From Trichosphaerium sp. ATCC 40318 (taxonomy: Eukaryota; Protista; Tubulinea): DNA of 64,000 bases. Location of the stretch: positions 62,001-126,000 of the forward strand of contig JALMLS010000143.1 of assembly GCA_038496445.1 (NCBI GenBank). Direction: 5' to 3'. Below are positions 26,262 through 40,400 of the stretch, in pieces. A program made the translations under genes and the position numbers. How positions within the stretch are numbered: the first letter of the stretch is position 1; each line of letters begins with the position of its first letter. The notes below the pieces were generated by a model that was not told where the DNA came from, made no database searches, and was given only the letters and a program-made list of their open reading frames with translations.

Positions 26262-28055
26262 GACTGTTGTATTTTTACGTCCCACGAATACGAATACGGT
26301 CCGCTACAACGTTAGATCACGTGATTAAATAACTTCTTATGGTGTCTGTGCAGAGACTGCAGTATGTAATGGGTTTGCAGTTCTTAACCTTATTTGGATT
26401 ACGACGCATCTTACGGACGGTAAGTTTGTAGATTCGCAAACGTTTAATGGTATGTCTTCAGTGCTCATGGATATAGACCAAGGCTTATACATAAACGGGA
26501 AATACTTGATACGAAACTGGCATAAAGAAAGATAGTTTGTATTACCAAGCCATCGTCCTTCCGATTACAGCTCTAATACATTAGTACGAAAGCGATTTAC
26601 AACGTTTTTTTATGTGGCCCAAAAACCAAACAGTGTAGTTTGTGCTTTCGAGAACCACATTGAAGGACAAAACGAATATGTGTGCATACTTCGTAATGGT
26701 TAGTTCTTAGTTATCTTACAAAAGGATTGTACGAAATAGCCACTACTCCATACCCGAATGTTCACCGGCTTAAAACTCCGCTTTTTAAAATGAATTAAGA
26801 GACTGAAGTCTACAGAAGCACTCCATGTGCTCTACATTTCTAACCAAAATAACATTTTTCACACCATGCGAAAATATAATAAAAAAAATCATTTTTCCCA
26901 ACGACCCCCTTACTCCTCCCAGTTAATAAGATAACAAACTAAAAAAAGCATGCGAAAAAAATCTCAAATGCTTGCGGCCAACTTTGTGTGTCACACCAAT
27001 TGTGTTCAAATAGTTTGTGATACCTGCACCTCATACACAGCAATACTAAACTCCATAATGTCATACTTTATACCCACCAAAGCAAGGATACTCGGTCCAA
27101 CCAAGTTTCCCCATACGTACTCCAAACAACATAATATCGCTGCCTGTACCCTCATGGGTCTAACTGAACAAAGCTCTAGTCAGATTAAAAAGTGTGTGGA
27201 TAATAGGTAAGCCATAAAAAGAAAAACATAAAACGCCATAGAGTTCTGTACATTAGTACAACAAGTGAAGGACACGCTCTTTTTTTTAGAAGGGCTTTTC
27301 GGGCACGTGGCAACAGCTATTTTGTTTACAGTTGCCCAGGCCGCTTTATTATTTGCCAGGCGAAAAAGCCTCTAAAATACAACAGTTATTTTGAGTTGAC
27401 AAACTAGAACTTTTTTTTCAGTTCAATAAAAAAACAAAGATAGTCTTACTAGTTGAATAAAGTACTAACACATGTTGTTGTTTAGGACAATGAACCAACA
27501 AAGATTAAATCCTTCGTGGATACCACGCCATCTAAACCTTAATTTCAGAGGTGTTACAGCAAAGGAGAATCAGTATCCATTATACAGAGATGGTTTAGCA
27601 GTTCAGACAATGCTTCAGTTACAAACACAAAAGATCATACCTTCCTACACAGTAAAACGTAAACGCCGACGCAGAATTAGGCGTACCATAACTACAAAAA
27701 CTCGATTCCATACTCAACAAGTTCTTAAACATAATTCTTTCAAAACTACCTCACAATCCCTTGCACCTATACATGAGTGGTATCCATTCACAACAAAAAA
27801 AGGAACCACCGCTTCAAGACACGTGGGGTTAAAACTTCCTAAAATTCAAAGTTGTATATCATACTGATGCTAATGGCACCGTTATAAAGACGAAAATAAT
27901 AAAACCATGTACTTTATAAACTCAACTGAAAACATTCTACATTTGGAATTTTGGAACAACGCAAAAAGATCCCTTTGTGCAAGTTTCCGGAGTTTCGCTA
28001 TCCGGTTTACTTCCTGTATTGTCCTTTATATACTTTGACAAGTCGTTGTAGTGGA

Positions 28056-30779
28056 TCACTCTTCGACATCGGTAGAACCAACCCACGATATTTCCTCTTT
28101 AATCTTATCTACCAAATCCTAAAAAAAATATTGTAAATACCACTGATTTTTTTCATCGTTGTTGGCTGAGAGGTTTTCTTTTGGGTTGGCGTCATACAAC
28201 GGAGTTTCTCGACTCATTCAAGTTAAACTGTATCTTGAAACATTGACAGTAGGCGCCACACAGCAAACTACAATGTTTTGAAGTTCATTCAATCTGGTCC
28301 TGGATCCATTCGAGGATCTGAAAGGGATACACCCAGATTGAATGCCCTTCAAATAGTATTTGTTGTGAAGTGCCCGCTGACAAGGTGTCAAGATGCAGTT
28401 TAAGTTGTATGAGTCGGGAAACTCCGCTGTGTACGGCCATGTACCACAATGCCACAAAAAATTAAAAAGGTATGTATTACGCCCAACCCAAAAGAAAGCC
28501 TTATATAAGACAAACCACGTGAGTACGTACAATAGGTAATGTTTTCAAGTCCCAGTTACGTTCTTTATTCGTTTTAGCTATGAACTCTATGCACATATCA
28601 TTCAAAGTTCTGAAACCGACTTGAACATTATATTCTATCAGACTATTTGTGAAAGCTAAACAAAGAGGCCACGTGTTAGTGTTACGGCGTTAATAGAAAG
28701 GTTTGGCTTTCTTTCAAAAAAAATACCTATATAGAGCGTGCTACCATCATCTTTCCATGCTATACCACTTATTCTGTTCGCTTGAGATAACTGAATAGAT
28801 TTATGTCTCCAAGAACCGACCTCAACGAAATGGAGTCGATTACTGTCGTCACCATACACAAGCACTATTAAAAACAAGAAATGATTAGCAAGGAGATACA
28901 TATAGCAAATTAAGGTTTCTCTTCATGAAAAAAACGTACATGGCACTCTAGGATTAGGGCAACAAGCGATACTACGAACTGCGCTTCTTTGCTTTAAAAA
29001 AACCAGTTAAGATCAGGTTACAGAATAAATGAATATCGTACGTCATATTGAGCTTCTGTGTGCCCTGTGTCAAAATTGAGTATTGCAGCGATGCCACCGT
29101 CAGTGCTATGAGAGTAAGGTTAATAAGACAGGTAAAATACAAATGAACAATAAACAATACAAGCTTTCAAGTTAAAATTTCTTCCTGCGTTGTAGTAAAT
29201 TAATTAAACCTTACCCAATACTACAAAAAGGTGTCCCTGGAATCCATGATCCCATCATACTAAATATTTAGTTAATTGGTAACTTTAGCTAACATTACTA
29301 AAATAGAAATAATGTTCATAAGCCCATCACCTCGATTCGTAGCTGTGTTTACTGTTAAATCCTGTAAAAGTTCTTCCTTCAATTACGTTCCACGTTCCTA
29401 CTGGTCCTTCTTTAAGCCACATCTTATCGACATGTAGGCTATCTACTGAAGCCATCTATAAAAATAATTGTCAAACAAACATAGAAAAAAAATCACGTGA
29501 TGGATGCTTGGATTTTTGTTAATTTGGACAAAAAGCGTACCATGTACGATTTGTACTTGCCAGTACCGAAAGTTATATTGTTAACATTTTTTCTAACGTA
29601 TATATCTTCAAGCCTTTCAACCTCTAATCCCTTTGAGCCCTTTTTTACTTCAAACACTAACAACGAAAGTGAGTTTTATTAGTCCAAAGTAATAAAAATA
29701 AAAAAGTAGTGTTCGAAGCTCTTTCACTCCCACAAGTGAAGTAGAAGGAGGGTTTTTTGTAAACCAAACCTTTAGGAAATAAAGAAAGGCAAAAGAAAAC
29801 GTGCATCCAATATTTCCGCCGTTACAAGACAGGTACATGAAAAGTCGAGGCGCGTCAGTATCAATGCCAGACATACGAAATTTTACACCATTTATTTGAC
29901 CTGTACGACTAAAGTTTTCAACTTCTTCAGAGTTATATATTACCCTAAGTATTATTAACAAGTTTTTAAAACAATAGTACAAAAAACAAGTATTTGAAAT
30001 GAAACAAAAGAGACAACTTTCTTGTTCAATGTAATTCACTTAATTTCCGGTTTTTTCTTATCAACAAACAAGCCTGCGTACTTGGAGTCATGCTCAGTGA
30101 TTATGACGAAATGAGAATGACTAGCTACGCCTATAAAACCATATCTCGCTGTAATAGTTACAACAGACTTAAGAGGCGTTGGTACTTCAACTTTCTATGT
30201 TTTTGTCAATAATGAAACACCTTTTTCTCTACGTAGAGACGGTCGATAGTACCTCTTGTGTTGCCAAGTTAACCTTCTTCAAACATGTTGGTACACGCCA
30301 TGGTGCATCTTCATTTTTTTTTCCCTCGTACCAACGAAATACAAGTGCCTGTAGTCTATAGAAAAGCTTAACAAATAGATAGATATTTATGGAGATTAAT
30401 CAAAAAAGCGCTAACAGTCTGGTACATACCTGTGGAGAAGTGTAATAGATCACGTAGTTGACTATGGGATATAGCAGAGACGAAAGGGTACGTCGCTCGA
30501 GGTGTTATTTTTATATTATTTGGTGAGTCAGTAAATACTGTAAACTGGCGTGAATCGAGTTTTTTAGGCGGTGCAGGACTATTCAAACTTATTTTCAGTA
30601 TTTTTTTGTGTTTTAGTTCAAATAACGCACGGTTCCTCTGTAAGTTGTACTTGACCTTCTCCAAGTGTAAGTGTAGCAATACCACTTGTTGCTTCCTCTG
30701 TAGAAGATGGAACTGCAGCCATTTTACGACGGCGTTGTCTTGGTGCCTTTTGTGGGTGTTTTGATGCTTTGCTACCCAT
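28056..30779 (-). CDS. WD40/beta-propeller-like protein with C-terminal SOCS/BC-box (cullin-RING substrate receptor-like), multi-exon
   Basis: Start MGSKASKHPQKAPRQRRRK; propeller-like exons (ISGIAWKDDGSTLYI); BC-box FRTLNDMCIEFIAK then cullin box LPI|DLVDKIKEEI across a 412-nt intron (28119-28530). Confidence 0.7.
28171..28501. ncRNA. Long imperfect intronic hairpin (candidate miRNA/hpRNA precursor or foldback element)
   Basis: 28171-28316 is an imperfect reverse complement of 28325-28501 (e.g. ttcttttgggttgg/ccaacccaaaagaa; ggagtttctcgactcat/atgagtcgggaaactcc; cattcaatctgg/ccagattgaatg). The inverted repeat is certain; an RNA function is not. Confidence 0.55.
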
Positions 30780-31196
30780 TTTTAAGTTCTCAGTGACTTA
30801 TTTTCGTTAACGAAAACAAATTAAGCAATAAAGCTGCTACAATGAGATTCGAAGTGGTGTGGGTTATAACAATGACTCCCAGCTATTGTTTTGAGTTTGC
30901 TTTCAGTAATCAAAAACAGCGTACCAAAGCTGCTTTTACAACAAGTGTTGTTGCGAAGACCGCGAATGGCAATGACGTTAACTAGCTTTTATGCACGTAG
31001 CGCAATAAGTCACTTCTTCACTCTTTTCACGCTTCCTTCGCTCTACAACGCGATAAAAATTCATACAACAAACTGTTAGCGCAAAGCTAGCGTAAACTGG
31101 TAGTAAAATGTTCGTGACGCAATTTGCCAGGGCTATTACCTTGCCAGGGTTTACCAATCATTTATTTAATAACATACAACGCTTAAAACCTCAAAA

Positions 31197-34100
31197 ATGG
31201 CGTACAAGCGTCAAAACAACCCAAACGCAAATGTAAACGCTGAGTGGACGGGAGCCTCCGCCTTCAATATTGATTTGGCTCTAAAGGAGAGCCAGAAATG
31301 GTACGTTTTCCTCTTCTTCTATCGATTTCTACCTGCAGAGTACGCGTCGTAAAACCAAAAAGTCAGTAGTTTAAAAATTCCTCTGTTCCGCTTTCCAACA
31401 CGTGATAGACGGAGGGCGTATCTCCTGTTTTGTGAACGCGCCTGTTTAATCTGTTTTTTCCTTTTCCTTGTTCCCGATATGCTGTTTGTCGGTTAGTCGC
31501 ACGTGCGTTTACTAAAAAACCGTTGGAATAGGATACAAGATGTAACGGGAGAATCATTCTCGTCTAGAGATTTTGGAGAGTCTACAAAAGACGGGAAGCT
31601 CTTATGCAAATTGCTCAATCAGATTAAACCGAACAGCGTAAGGAAGATTAACAGAGGAAGAGTTCCTTTTGCGCATCGAGAAAATCTGCAGTTTTTTATT
31701 AACGGTACGCTAAAATTATCACCTTCTTCCCTTTTGCATTGTTGCTACTATCAAGCTCGTTTATTTCTGAAGCGCTAAAGTCTAAAATAGGTTGTAAAGA
31801 CTTGGGTCTCAAGGATACTCAATTATTCACTTCTAACGATCTATACGAAGGAAAGAGGCTTCGTAATGTTGCGATTACTTTGTACTGGCTTGGAAGGTAA
31901 TATTATCAAAAAATTGTTTATTACTGTTCTAATTAACCTGGTTTATTTAAAGAGCTGCACGTGCTGTACCTTCATACAAAGGACCTCAGCTCGATGTTGC
32001 TAAATTTTCTACAATGACTTGTAATCGTTGTAAAAAACCTATCAGAAAAGATCAAGACTATGTCTGTTCGCTAGATAAAGCGCTCCACATAGGGTAAGCT
32101 AAATGGCTCTTTTTTATTTTGTAGTACTTCACATTTACTTACCCTTTTATTAGATGTGCTAACTGTGACAACTGTGGTACTGACCTTGATAAAGCGGGTG
32201 GTGCTTATGCAGTAGGCGGCGGTTTTTATTGCCCACCTTGCTATGAAGGCGGTAAAACCGGTCATAACCCTCAAGGTAGTGGTGCTGGGAATAAGCAACC
32301 TCGTGGATGTGGACAAGGAGGGAAAATGTGCGATATTTGCGTTAAACCTTTTGATCCGCCAAACAAGATCAACAATAAAGGCGGTAAGAAGGTCTGCGAC
32401 GATTGCTTATGCAGCAACTGCGGCAAGACATTAGATGTACGCACTTGCATTATTTGATTTGTTATCTTTCTTTTTTGTTGCTCTCCATTTTTTGATTATT
32501 TGTGTAGGATGGTTTGGTACCTACAAGCTCAGGCAATAAGTGCCCACCTTGTGCTGATAAAGAGCGTAAAGATAGAGCGCATAAAACATGCCATCATCCA
32601 GGGTACGCTCAGTTGCATGGTTTTAAATAAAAACTTACTTCTGTACAGATGTGGAAAAACTTTGGACGACAGAACAACACCTTTCGATGATCCAAATCGC
32701 TTTTGTCCAGCTCACTACAATGAGCATGTATGCCCTGTTTGTGGTGATGAACTATCAGGAACTATTGCTGAAGCTATGGGCAATAGATACCATCCTGATT
32801 GTTTCAGAGTAAGCACTTCGCAAAACTTTTTTTTCGCCTACATACTCAAGTTTATTAATTCTCTACCTAGTGCTCTGATTGCAATGGTCCATTCAAAAAT
32901 AACAAGGTACGTTATTTGACTATGTTCCATGACTATTTAGCTTACAAATATTAGTTCTACAAAGTTAATGACTTTCCTGTGTGCCACGACTGCATGAGAA
33001 AGAACAAAGAAAAAGGACTTTATCCTTGTTGCCCAGTTTGCGACGATCCAGTCAAAGGTAAATACATATGCAACGTTAATTTATACTTACTATATATAGG
33101 CCAAGGTATTGAAGCTTGCGATAATGCATATCACCCAAAGTACGTCCCGACTGGTTCTAATTTCCTAACTTTTTTCTTTCAGGTGCTTCAACTGTACTCA
33201 ATGCAAAACAAACTTGGCTAATAAGCCATTCGTTGATGTGATGAACAAACCATTCTGTCCTCCTTGCGCTAAGGCTATGGGCTTCTCTTCGCCTGATGTA
33301 GGCCAGGCTGGTGGACCACCTAAAGGAGGTACGTTGTAGACTTTTCAACAAAATGATGAGCTTACCAATAAAAAAAATAGAAAAATGTGCTGCTTGCAAA
33401 CGTGTTCTCAATCAAGGAGATAGAGTAACAAATGTTCAGAATAACTGGTTCCATCATGGTTGCTTTAAGTGTCAAGGTTGCTCTTGTCCATTAACAACTG
33501 GATACAACCCAATTGGCGGCATGCCATACTGTAAAAGTAAGTTACACAATTTTTTCAAATTGTATTTTGTTCTCCTTGCTAACGTATTTCGCTGTGCAGA
33601 GTGCTACGATGATAGAACGAACAAAGATAACTGCAAAGTATGTGGAAAGAAAGTTACTACAGGTGGCGTTAAGCTACGTGATTGGTACGTCAAGTAAATT
33701 TATTTTAAAACTAACTGATGACGCAAAAGGGTATTTCACAGTGCATGCTGTAATTGCCAGTACTGTGGAAAGAATTTGAAACAAATGGGTATGTTAGAAT
33801 CTAAGTTCGCTTTAGTCTTAACTAATATTCTATGCAGGTGGTAAGGTGTTTGTATCCAATGATATGCCTTCATGTGAAGCTTGTGCTCAGAAGAATCTCA
33901 CCCAGACTCATGTAAAAAATTTCTTATCTCAAAACATTAATGCTTACTTGTTTATTTAGACGAGAACCAGACAAGGTCCATCTACTATTACTGAGACGAT
34001 ACATGCGCCAAGAAATTCAGGTGTTGTATACAATCCATGGACAAAGAAAACTACTCACAAAGGAGCTCATGGCGAAGATATCCCAGAAGCTAGGTACGAT

Positions 34101-34243
34101 CTTGGGAAAAAACCCAAACTCAGTAGAGTTTAAACAATTGCTTTGCTGACGATAGAATTAGGATACTCAAGGCTTGTCCTAAATGTCGAAGAGCTGTTGG
34201 AGACCACGATACTAGGTGTAGACATTGTGGAGCTTCATGGTAA
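31197..34243 (+). CDS. Calponin-homology + multiple LIM domain protein with C-terminal zinc ribbon
   Basis: CH: ALKESQKWIQDVTGESF..DGKLLCKLLNQIKP..RENL; LIM motifs CPVCGDEL..YHPDCF, CPVCDDPV..YHPKCF, CAACKRV..FHHGCFKCQGC; C-terminal CPKC..CRHC. Confidence 0.9.
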
Positions 34244-34427
34244 AACAAAGAGCTTGTTGAGTAAAATGTTAAAGTTGATACATTGCCTCCGTATTAATTT
34301 AAAGTATTCTTCGGCCAACAAGAATGCAAATGTTACATTAAATTGTACGCTTGGGCTGTGGGCTAGCTACGGTTGTAGCGCTCTTTTTCGTCCGGTTGGT
34401 GACGTTTCGTTCTATTTTCATAACACC

Positions 34428-34500
34428 GGCTGAGTAGCATAGTGGTTATTGCACCTGCCTTGTAAGCAGGGGGTCGTGGGTTCGACTCCCACCTTAGCCT
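34428..34500 (+). tRNA. trnT-UGU: tRNA-Thr (anticodon TGT)
   Basis: Acceptor ggctgag/cttagcc, D-loop agtgg, anticodon stem cctgc-cttgtaa-gcagg, T-arm gtgggttcgactcccac, followed by oligo-T Pol III terminator. Confidence 0.95.
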
Positions 34501-34610
34501 TTTTACATTCTTCCTTATCTTTTTTTGTTTGAAAGAAGTCTCAATCCGTTTTCATGTTTGCACTACATTATTGATTTTTGTTTTGGGCGAAAAGGTAATT
34601 GTATTTGTTC

Positions 34611-36016
34611 GATTTGAACTGAAATAATTTCACTATTTTGTGCTAGCGCTAAGCCTGAATTTTCGACAAGGTTTGTGAACATAGGTAGCCTTTTGCAACT
34701 CTGCAAGCTAGACTATTAGTGTATCCTTTTGGAGTACTTACGTGAGCATAAGTACAGAAAGTCACGTGCGTATTACAAATCGGGAGTGGCCTTTTAAAAA
34801 GTAGGCTTAGCGCTAAAATAAAATAGCGCTATTTCAATTCAAACCCTGTTGTAATTTGCTAGCAGGTTACGTGATAAAAAGGTTTTGAAAGATGTTCTTG
34901 TAAAATGTTCACCGAATCATGGGTTGACTTACTCAACCTACTACAATGTCTAACGAACAGGCGCTAAGAAGAGAGAATGAACAATTGAAGTATATGGTAA
35001 AAGACGTGGAGGAGGCATTAGGTATTTACAACGCTGTTGGAATAATATTGGCTAATAACGCAATATTAACATCCTGAAGCCGCTTCCCTATCGCAGAACC
35101 AACGCATGAAATGCGAGTTAGAAGACAACATTACCTTGGTAGATCGCCAGAGAAGTGAGATAGATGCACTCAGGCAAATGATAAGCGTTCTAAAGTGTGA
35201 ATTCGAGGCAAATACACTAATTAAAAGTTGTTTTTTCTAATAACGCTCGTAGGCACAAAAAAAGCAAGGAACTTTACGGCTTGAATCGTCAATGGCTAAT
35301 CAAGAAAAGCTTGAACAAGAACTCGAAGAACTAAGAGCTGCCGCACATAAGAAAACCGTGTCTCAACCTAAAGCATCTGACGCTGTTGCTAGTATAATTA
35401 TACAAGCTACTAAAGGATCGAAGGCATATTGTGTCACGTGCAAAGGTCAGTAAACATCATACTTTTTGTTGATGACTTTGTTTTGTAGGTGTGAACACAC
35501 TTGAGGATTTAAATGACCAAATCTACTCTTCGTGTGGAGTAGAGGTATGTTTGCGTTATTAACACGTGTTTGTATCCTATTAACTTATTTTAAAGAGCAC
35601 TTATAGCTATGAAATTGAATACCTGCATAATCTATTTGAAGCAAATGTTGTTTTGAATAACTTTGATGAGTTCATGAAGTTTGGGAAGAACAAGGTATTG
35701 TAATCGTTTTAAAGCTTCCATACTCGTATCAAAGAGTACACTTTGCAATTTCTTTTTCCACAAAAATTCATACTTGTACAATCACGTGACGTCCATGTTT
35801 AGAAAGGATACTTTACAGTTATATTATCAAACAAGTGACTAAAAAATATGGAAGACTAACGTTTAGCTCCAATAGAATAAAGTTATTGCAGTGGTTGTCA
35901 TAGTTTTGTTTGCTTAGCTGTCTATTCAATTCTGCTCTTTGCAGCGTTTTTCCAAAATACAAACAAGTGAATCAGTTTAGCACTAACACAAAATAGCGTT
36001 ATTTCAAGTCAAATCC
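34611..36016. repeat. Degenerate ~45-bp repeat: one copy at 34611-34656, inverted copies at ~34803-34845 and ~35975-36016
   Basis: Reverse complement of gatttgaactgaaataatttcactattttgtgctagcgctaagcct resembles aggcttagcgctaaaataaaatagcgctatttcaattcaaa and tttagcactaacacaaaatagcgttatttcaagtcaaatc. Confidence 0.55.
34946..35838 (+). CDS. Hypothetical coiled-coil protein, multi-exon
   Basis: MSNEQALRRENEQLKYMVKDVEEAL, QEKLEQELEELRAAA heptad-like; GT/GC..AG introns. Confidence 0.6.
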
Positions 36017-37459
36017 AAAAACCACCTGTCAATATGTTCACATTGTCTAGGATGCTAATTCGCGACAAGAAAGGCGAATTCTTAGGTAAATCCTAAAACG
36101 AGCAGGTGAAGTAGCGATGTTCCAAACGAATACACACCAATATTCGCATTGCTAAAAAAGCGTTGGAAGAACAACATTCATTGTACAGTCTGTTTTCTTT
36201 CTTTGTTATTCGCACGTGACGAATCTTATTTTACGTACATATGGTACCTACACCACAACAATTGAAGAAGTAATGGGGGCATTGGAGGACTTGGTACGCA
36301 CTAGCCTTTTGTTCTTCTTACTGTTGAACTCGTTAACATTTCAAAAGACTCGCGATGTAATCCATCTCAAGTGCCTTTGAACTGGAGACTCCGGCAAAGT
36401 GGTACAACGTTTGATCTTGTTGCTAGTTCGAAACTTCGCCAGTTAAAAGATGACATCGGCGCTTTTGGAGTAAATTCAAACTAATGAAAGTGACTCTTTG
36501 CTTTCAACTTGAAACAACTCTTCGTATCCAAGATCACAAGGATCGGCTATGATTGTAGACTACAAGCTAGCTTTCGCACATAACTTTTTGGGCGGTACTA
36601 GGGCCAATGAAATTCGCTGGATAAAACCTTGCGCGTGAGATCTCTGACTTGTAATAACTTGTTGTAGTTTTTATTAAACACTTCACGGAACATTTGCTGT
36701 TTCTAAAATACAAGTTAAAATCGCAATCATACGAAATTGAGGCGTAGATGCCACAGCTTTAACACTCACCAGTGATCGAAATAGTACTTCGGAGGCACTT
36801 TAAAAAGTGGCCAGTTGACTATACGGGTAGTGCTCGCTGGCGCAAATATCCTGAAAAAAGCCACTAACCGTTTGACATGTAAAATCGAGTGCTGGCACTC
36901 AAGCGTTTACAGTTTCCTACATTGTCCTTTAACTATAGCCTCGCTCGCCTTTGCGGCTTGATGTTGACAACTTGCCTCTAATATTCAAAACTGACATTGT
37001 TCCGTGCGCATGTTGTAATTTATCAAAGATTGGAGGATTATACGATCTGCTTAGCTTCGGCAAGCGTTGGTTTGGCTCCGTAGGGTCATTATCAGAATCT
37101 TCATGAATTGTTGCCGCCGATCTTCCGTTCGTGACAGGGCACTTCCAATCCACGACCAACCAAGCGAACGTGATCAATTGAAACACACATGTTTGCAAAG
37201 CGTTCGAAACGTTAAAATCGAGGAAACCAAAAAAGCCGAACAATGGCGTTCTTAAAACGTGATTTGACTCACAACGGCGTTGAATAACGGTTTTACAACA
37301 GTACCGATGATTGCAGCCCGTCAAAGGCGTTTTTGTTCGTTGGAACTTCCCGAGGCATTGTCGTAACATTATGTGAATATAGTTAAAAGCATGAAATTGC
37401 CTTTTTTTTTTGTTCATTGTCCACCGAACTTCCTTCATATTCACACCATCCAAACAACC

Positions 37460-40400
37460 ATGACAACGAGGGTATACATAACATTGGTATGCTCGCTTTA
37501 TCTTGCATCGCTTGTGATGTCACAGTGTCCAACCAACTCACTCAGAAATGCAAAGTGCTTCGATTCTCCTACAGCGTAAGTTGGCTTCTTTGTATCTGTT
37601 TCTCGTCTTACTAACGAGATCTTGTAGTACAGATGATTTGTTCGATAGAAGCCTAACAACAGCTCGTATACGAGTAGGCGGATGCTACTGTACAGGGTTT
37701 CTTATTGGCGCAAAAGGTCACTTTATCACAAGTCAGCACTGTTTCACAGGTGCTGCTTGTACAGGGTACGACATAGTTCAACTATCAAATGATCTCTAAA
37801 CCGCCTTTGTAGGATGCCTGCTACAACATTTTCTGTTCGTAACGCCGAGTATGAGTTCAACTGTCACACGGATAACTGCTTAGATCCAGCAATAAGCGGA
37901 GCTTCTCCTCCTTCTTGCACCAAGTGGCCTACAAATCTTGCTACAGTACGTGTCTTTTTTTTTGTTGTTCTTTTCTTTTAAAACGATACCTCTATTGAGT
38001 TTGTGAACGATTTCTTCTGATCTCAAACTAACGCTAGTAATACTAGTTGATCGCTCAGAGCTCATACTATGACTACGTTCTTATCCACCTCAATGGTAAC
38101 CCTGCAGCAACTTACAACGGTCAACTGATTGGTATTGATGATCCGGCTGAAGGAGATGTACGTCTTAGTTCTTCTGTTTCTCGTTCACGTGGGTACTTAA
38201 ATAGTTTTTTAGGATGTGTACATCGCTCAACATCCCTTCGCAAGACCTAGGCAAATCGTGGAGAAATCAAACCAGTGGCCTGGCTTTTTCAACTGTCGAA
38301 TCAGGTCTATAACAGAATTTAACGTTAAACGCATATTCCATCCTGATGTGTACGCACACGGTCTCCTTTCTACTTCTTACTAACTCTTTCCAAGTTCCTA
38401 TGACTGTGCTACTTTAGGAGGTAGTTCTGGATCACCAGTAGTCCGCCGATCTGATTGGGTAAGTAGTGTTTCTTGCGAGTTTCTTCACTCTAATTGTTGT
38501 CTATAGAGAGCTATTGCTATGCATCAAGCTTCGTCAAAAACGTTCCCATATAACAAGTGTTGGAACATAGGCATACCGTTCCGTTATATTAAGGCTGATT
38601 TGGAGGCTAAAGGGATAAACACAAAACCTTTTGTAACCAATGAAGATTCAGACGGGGCCTATGCTTGGGGAGATCCTCACTATACAACATTTGATGGACT
38701 CACACATCACTTTCAAGGTCTTGGAACCTTCTATCTTATTAGATCTGTTCAACACAGCCTTTACTTACAAACTAAGACTTATACAAGTGCAAAATGGAAA
38801 GGAACAACGCTTAACCACGAGGTACTTTAAACTTGCCAGAAAGTTGGTCTAAAACTTCTGTCGTAGGTCGGCCTCGGCTACAACATTGGTGGTGATGATG
38901 TATTTGTATCTCTTAAGTCTATTTATACTGGAGGTATTTGTACAGGATTCGAAGTACTAACAGGGTGCAACGATCAGTAAGTAACTCCGATTCTTTTCAT
39001 AAGCATCTTTTTAATGTGTTTTAGATTGTTTCCTGCTATTACCTTTGGAGCACCTGTTGTTGCATCAACTGTTACACGTCCTCACTTCCAAGCTACGCTC
39101 AATCAAGCGAATGGTAGAGAACATGTTCAATTCATATTTTCTACAGGCACGTGATTAACCTGTCACTTGAAGCGTAGTTTTAACGTACAATCAGGCGTAT
39201 CACTTAAAGTGTCAGTCATACATCAATACAACGAGTGCTGGATGAACGTAGCTCCAACTCTCCCTGGATCCTTCTATGATACAACACAAGGTCTTCTGGG
39301 AACTTGGGATGACAATCCAGGCAATGATTATACAGAAAAGGGAACTAACAATGTTGTATCACATGCAGTTTTCGCAGAATCCTGTAAGTTTATTTTTGTT
39401 TGAACATGAGTAGTAAGCTGACTTAAACTATAGACCGCCTTCTCATCGGTGAAACGGATGTAATCAACTGTCGTGTCGCTGATCAAACATGGATTGATCC
39501 TACTTTCCAAGGAACCATCGGCTTAGATACAACTGGTCTTGATCCTGCAGGTATAGCCTCATGGTTTTTTTCTACTGGAACAAAATCTAATAGTGCTAGA
39601 CTTACAATTCGCTCAAACTAAATGTGCCTCTATCACTGACGTAATCAGACGCCAGGCATGTATCTTTGATGTTGCTCACACAGGCATCGAGGATTTTGCT
39701 GACGAAGACCCAATCAGTCCATTTGGTATGTAGTTTTACTTGCAAGTTTAAATACCATCTCACATATTTTGTTTCAAGCTTGTGGCGGATGTAGTGGCCA
39801 TGGAATTTGCATATTTAACAAGTGCTTCTGCCTTAACGGATATGAAGGTGATCATTGTGAAATACGTACGTAAAATATCGCAGAGGTAAACACGTGATTG
39901 AGCTTACAATTGTGTTAGCTCTTTGCCCAGACTGCAATTTGGATCACGGCACATGCGTGGCACCAGGCGTATGCAAATGTGACTTTTTGTGGTTTTCTCC
40001 TACTTGTGATAAATACATCGTTCCGGATGTCCTTCTTTATGAGTGGCCTAAACTCATCCCTCCTGTTCTTTCTTCTCAAGACGTTCTTGGAGGTACCTTC
40101 TAAAACGTTGTTGTATCTCTAAGTCGTTGTAGGAATCAAATACTTCGTCCAAGTACCATTCTTTAAGGGTGGAGCGGCTGTTATAGATGTCAAACCTTTT
40201 GAAAAACTTGGAGACCTTTCAGCTTGTGCAACACATGTAAATGCTTTCCAACAGCATACCGACGTCGAGCGAGTAGCAGTATGTCAATAATCTTAATCCG
40301 TAAAGACAGTAATTACAAATTAGGAGCGTTGGGTTTATCCAAGAGATGCAACTGTTGAAGGTGCTTTAACAGGAGGGTATTCAGCTTATGGAAATCCAGG

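Noticed and set aside
26300-28050. ORFs 26950-27210 and 27472-27867
   Set aside because: No coherent exon chain or motif could be built; left unannotated.
36929-37453. 174-aa minus-strand ORF
   Set aside because: Lies over the upstream region of the protease gene, no motifs; likely spurious.
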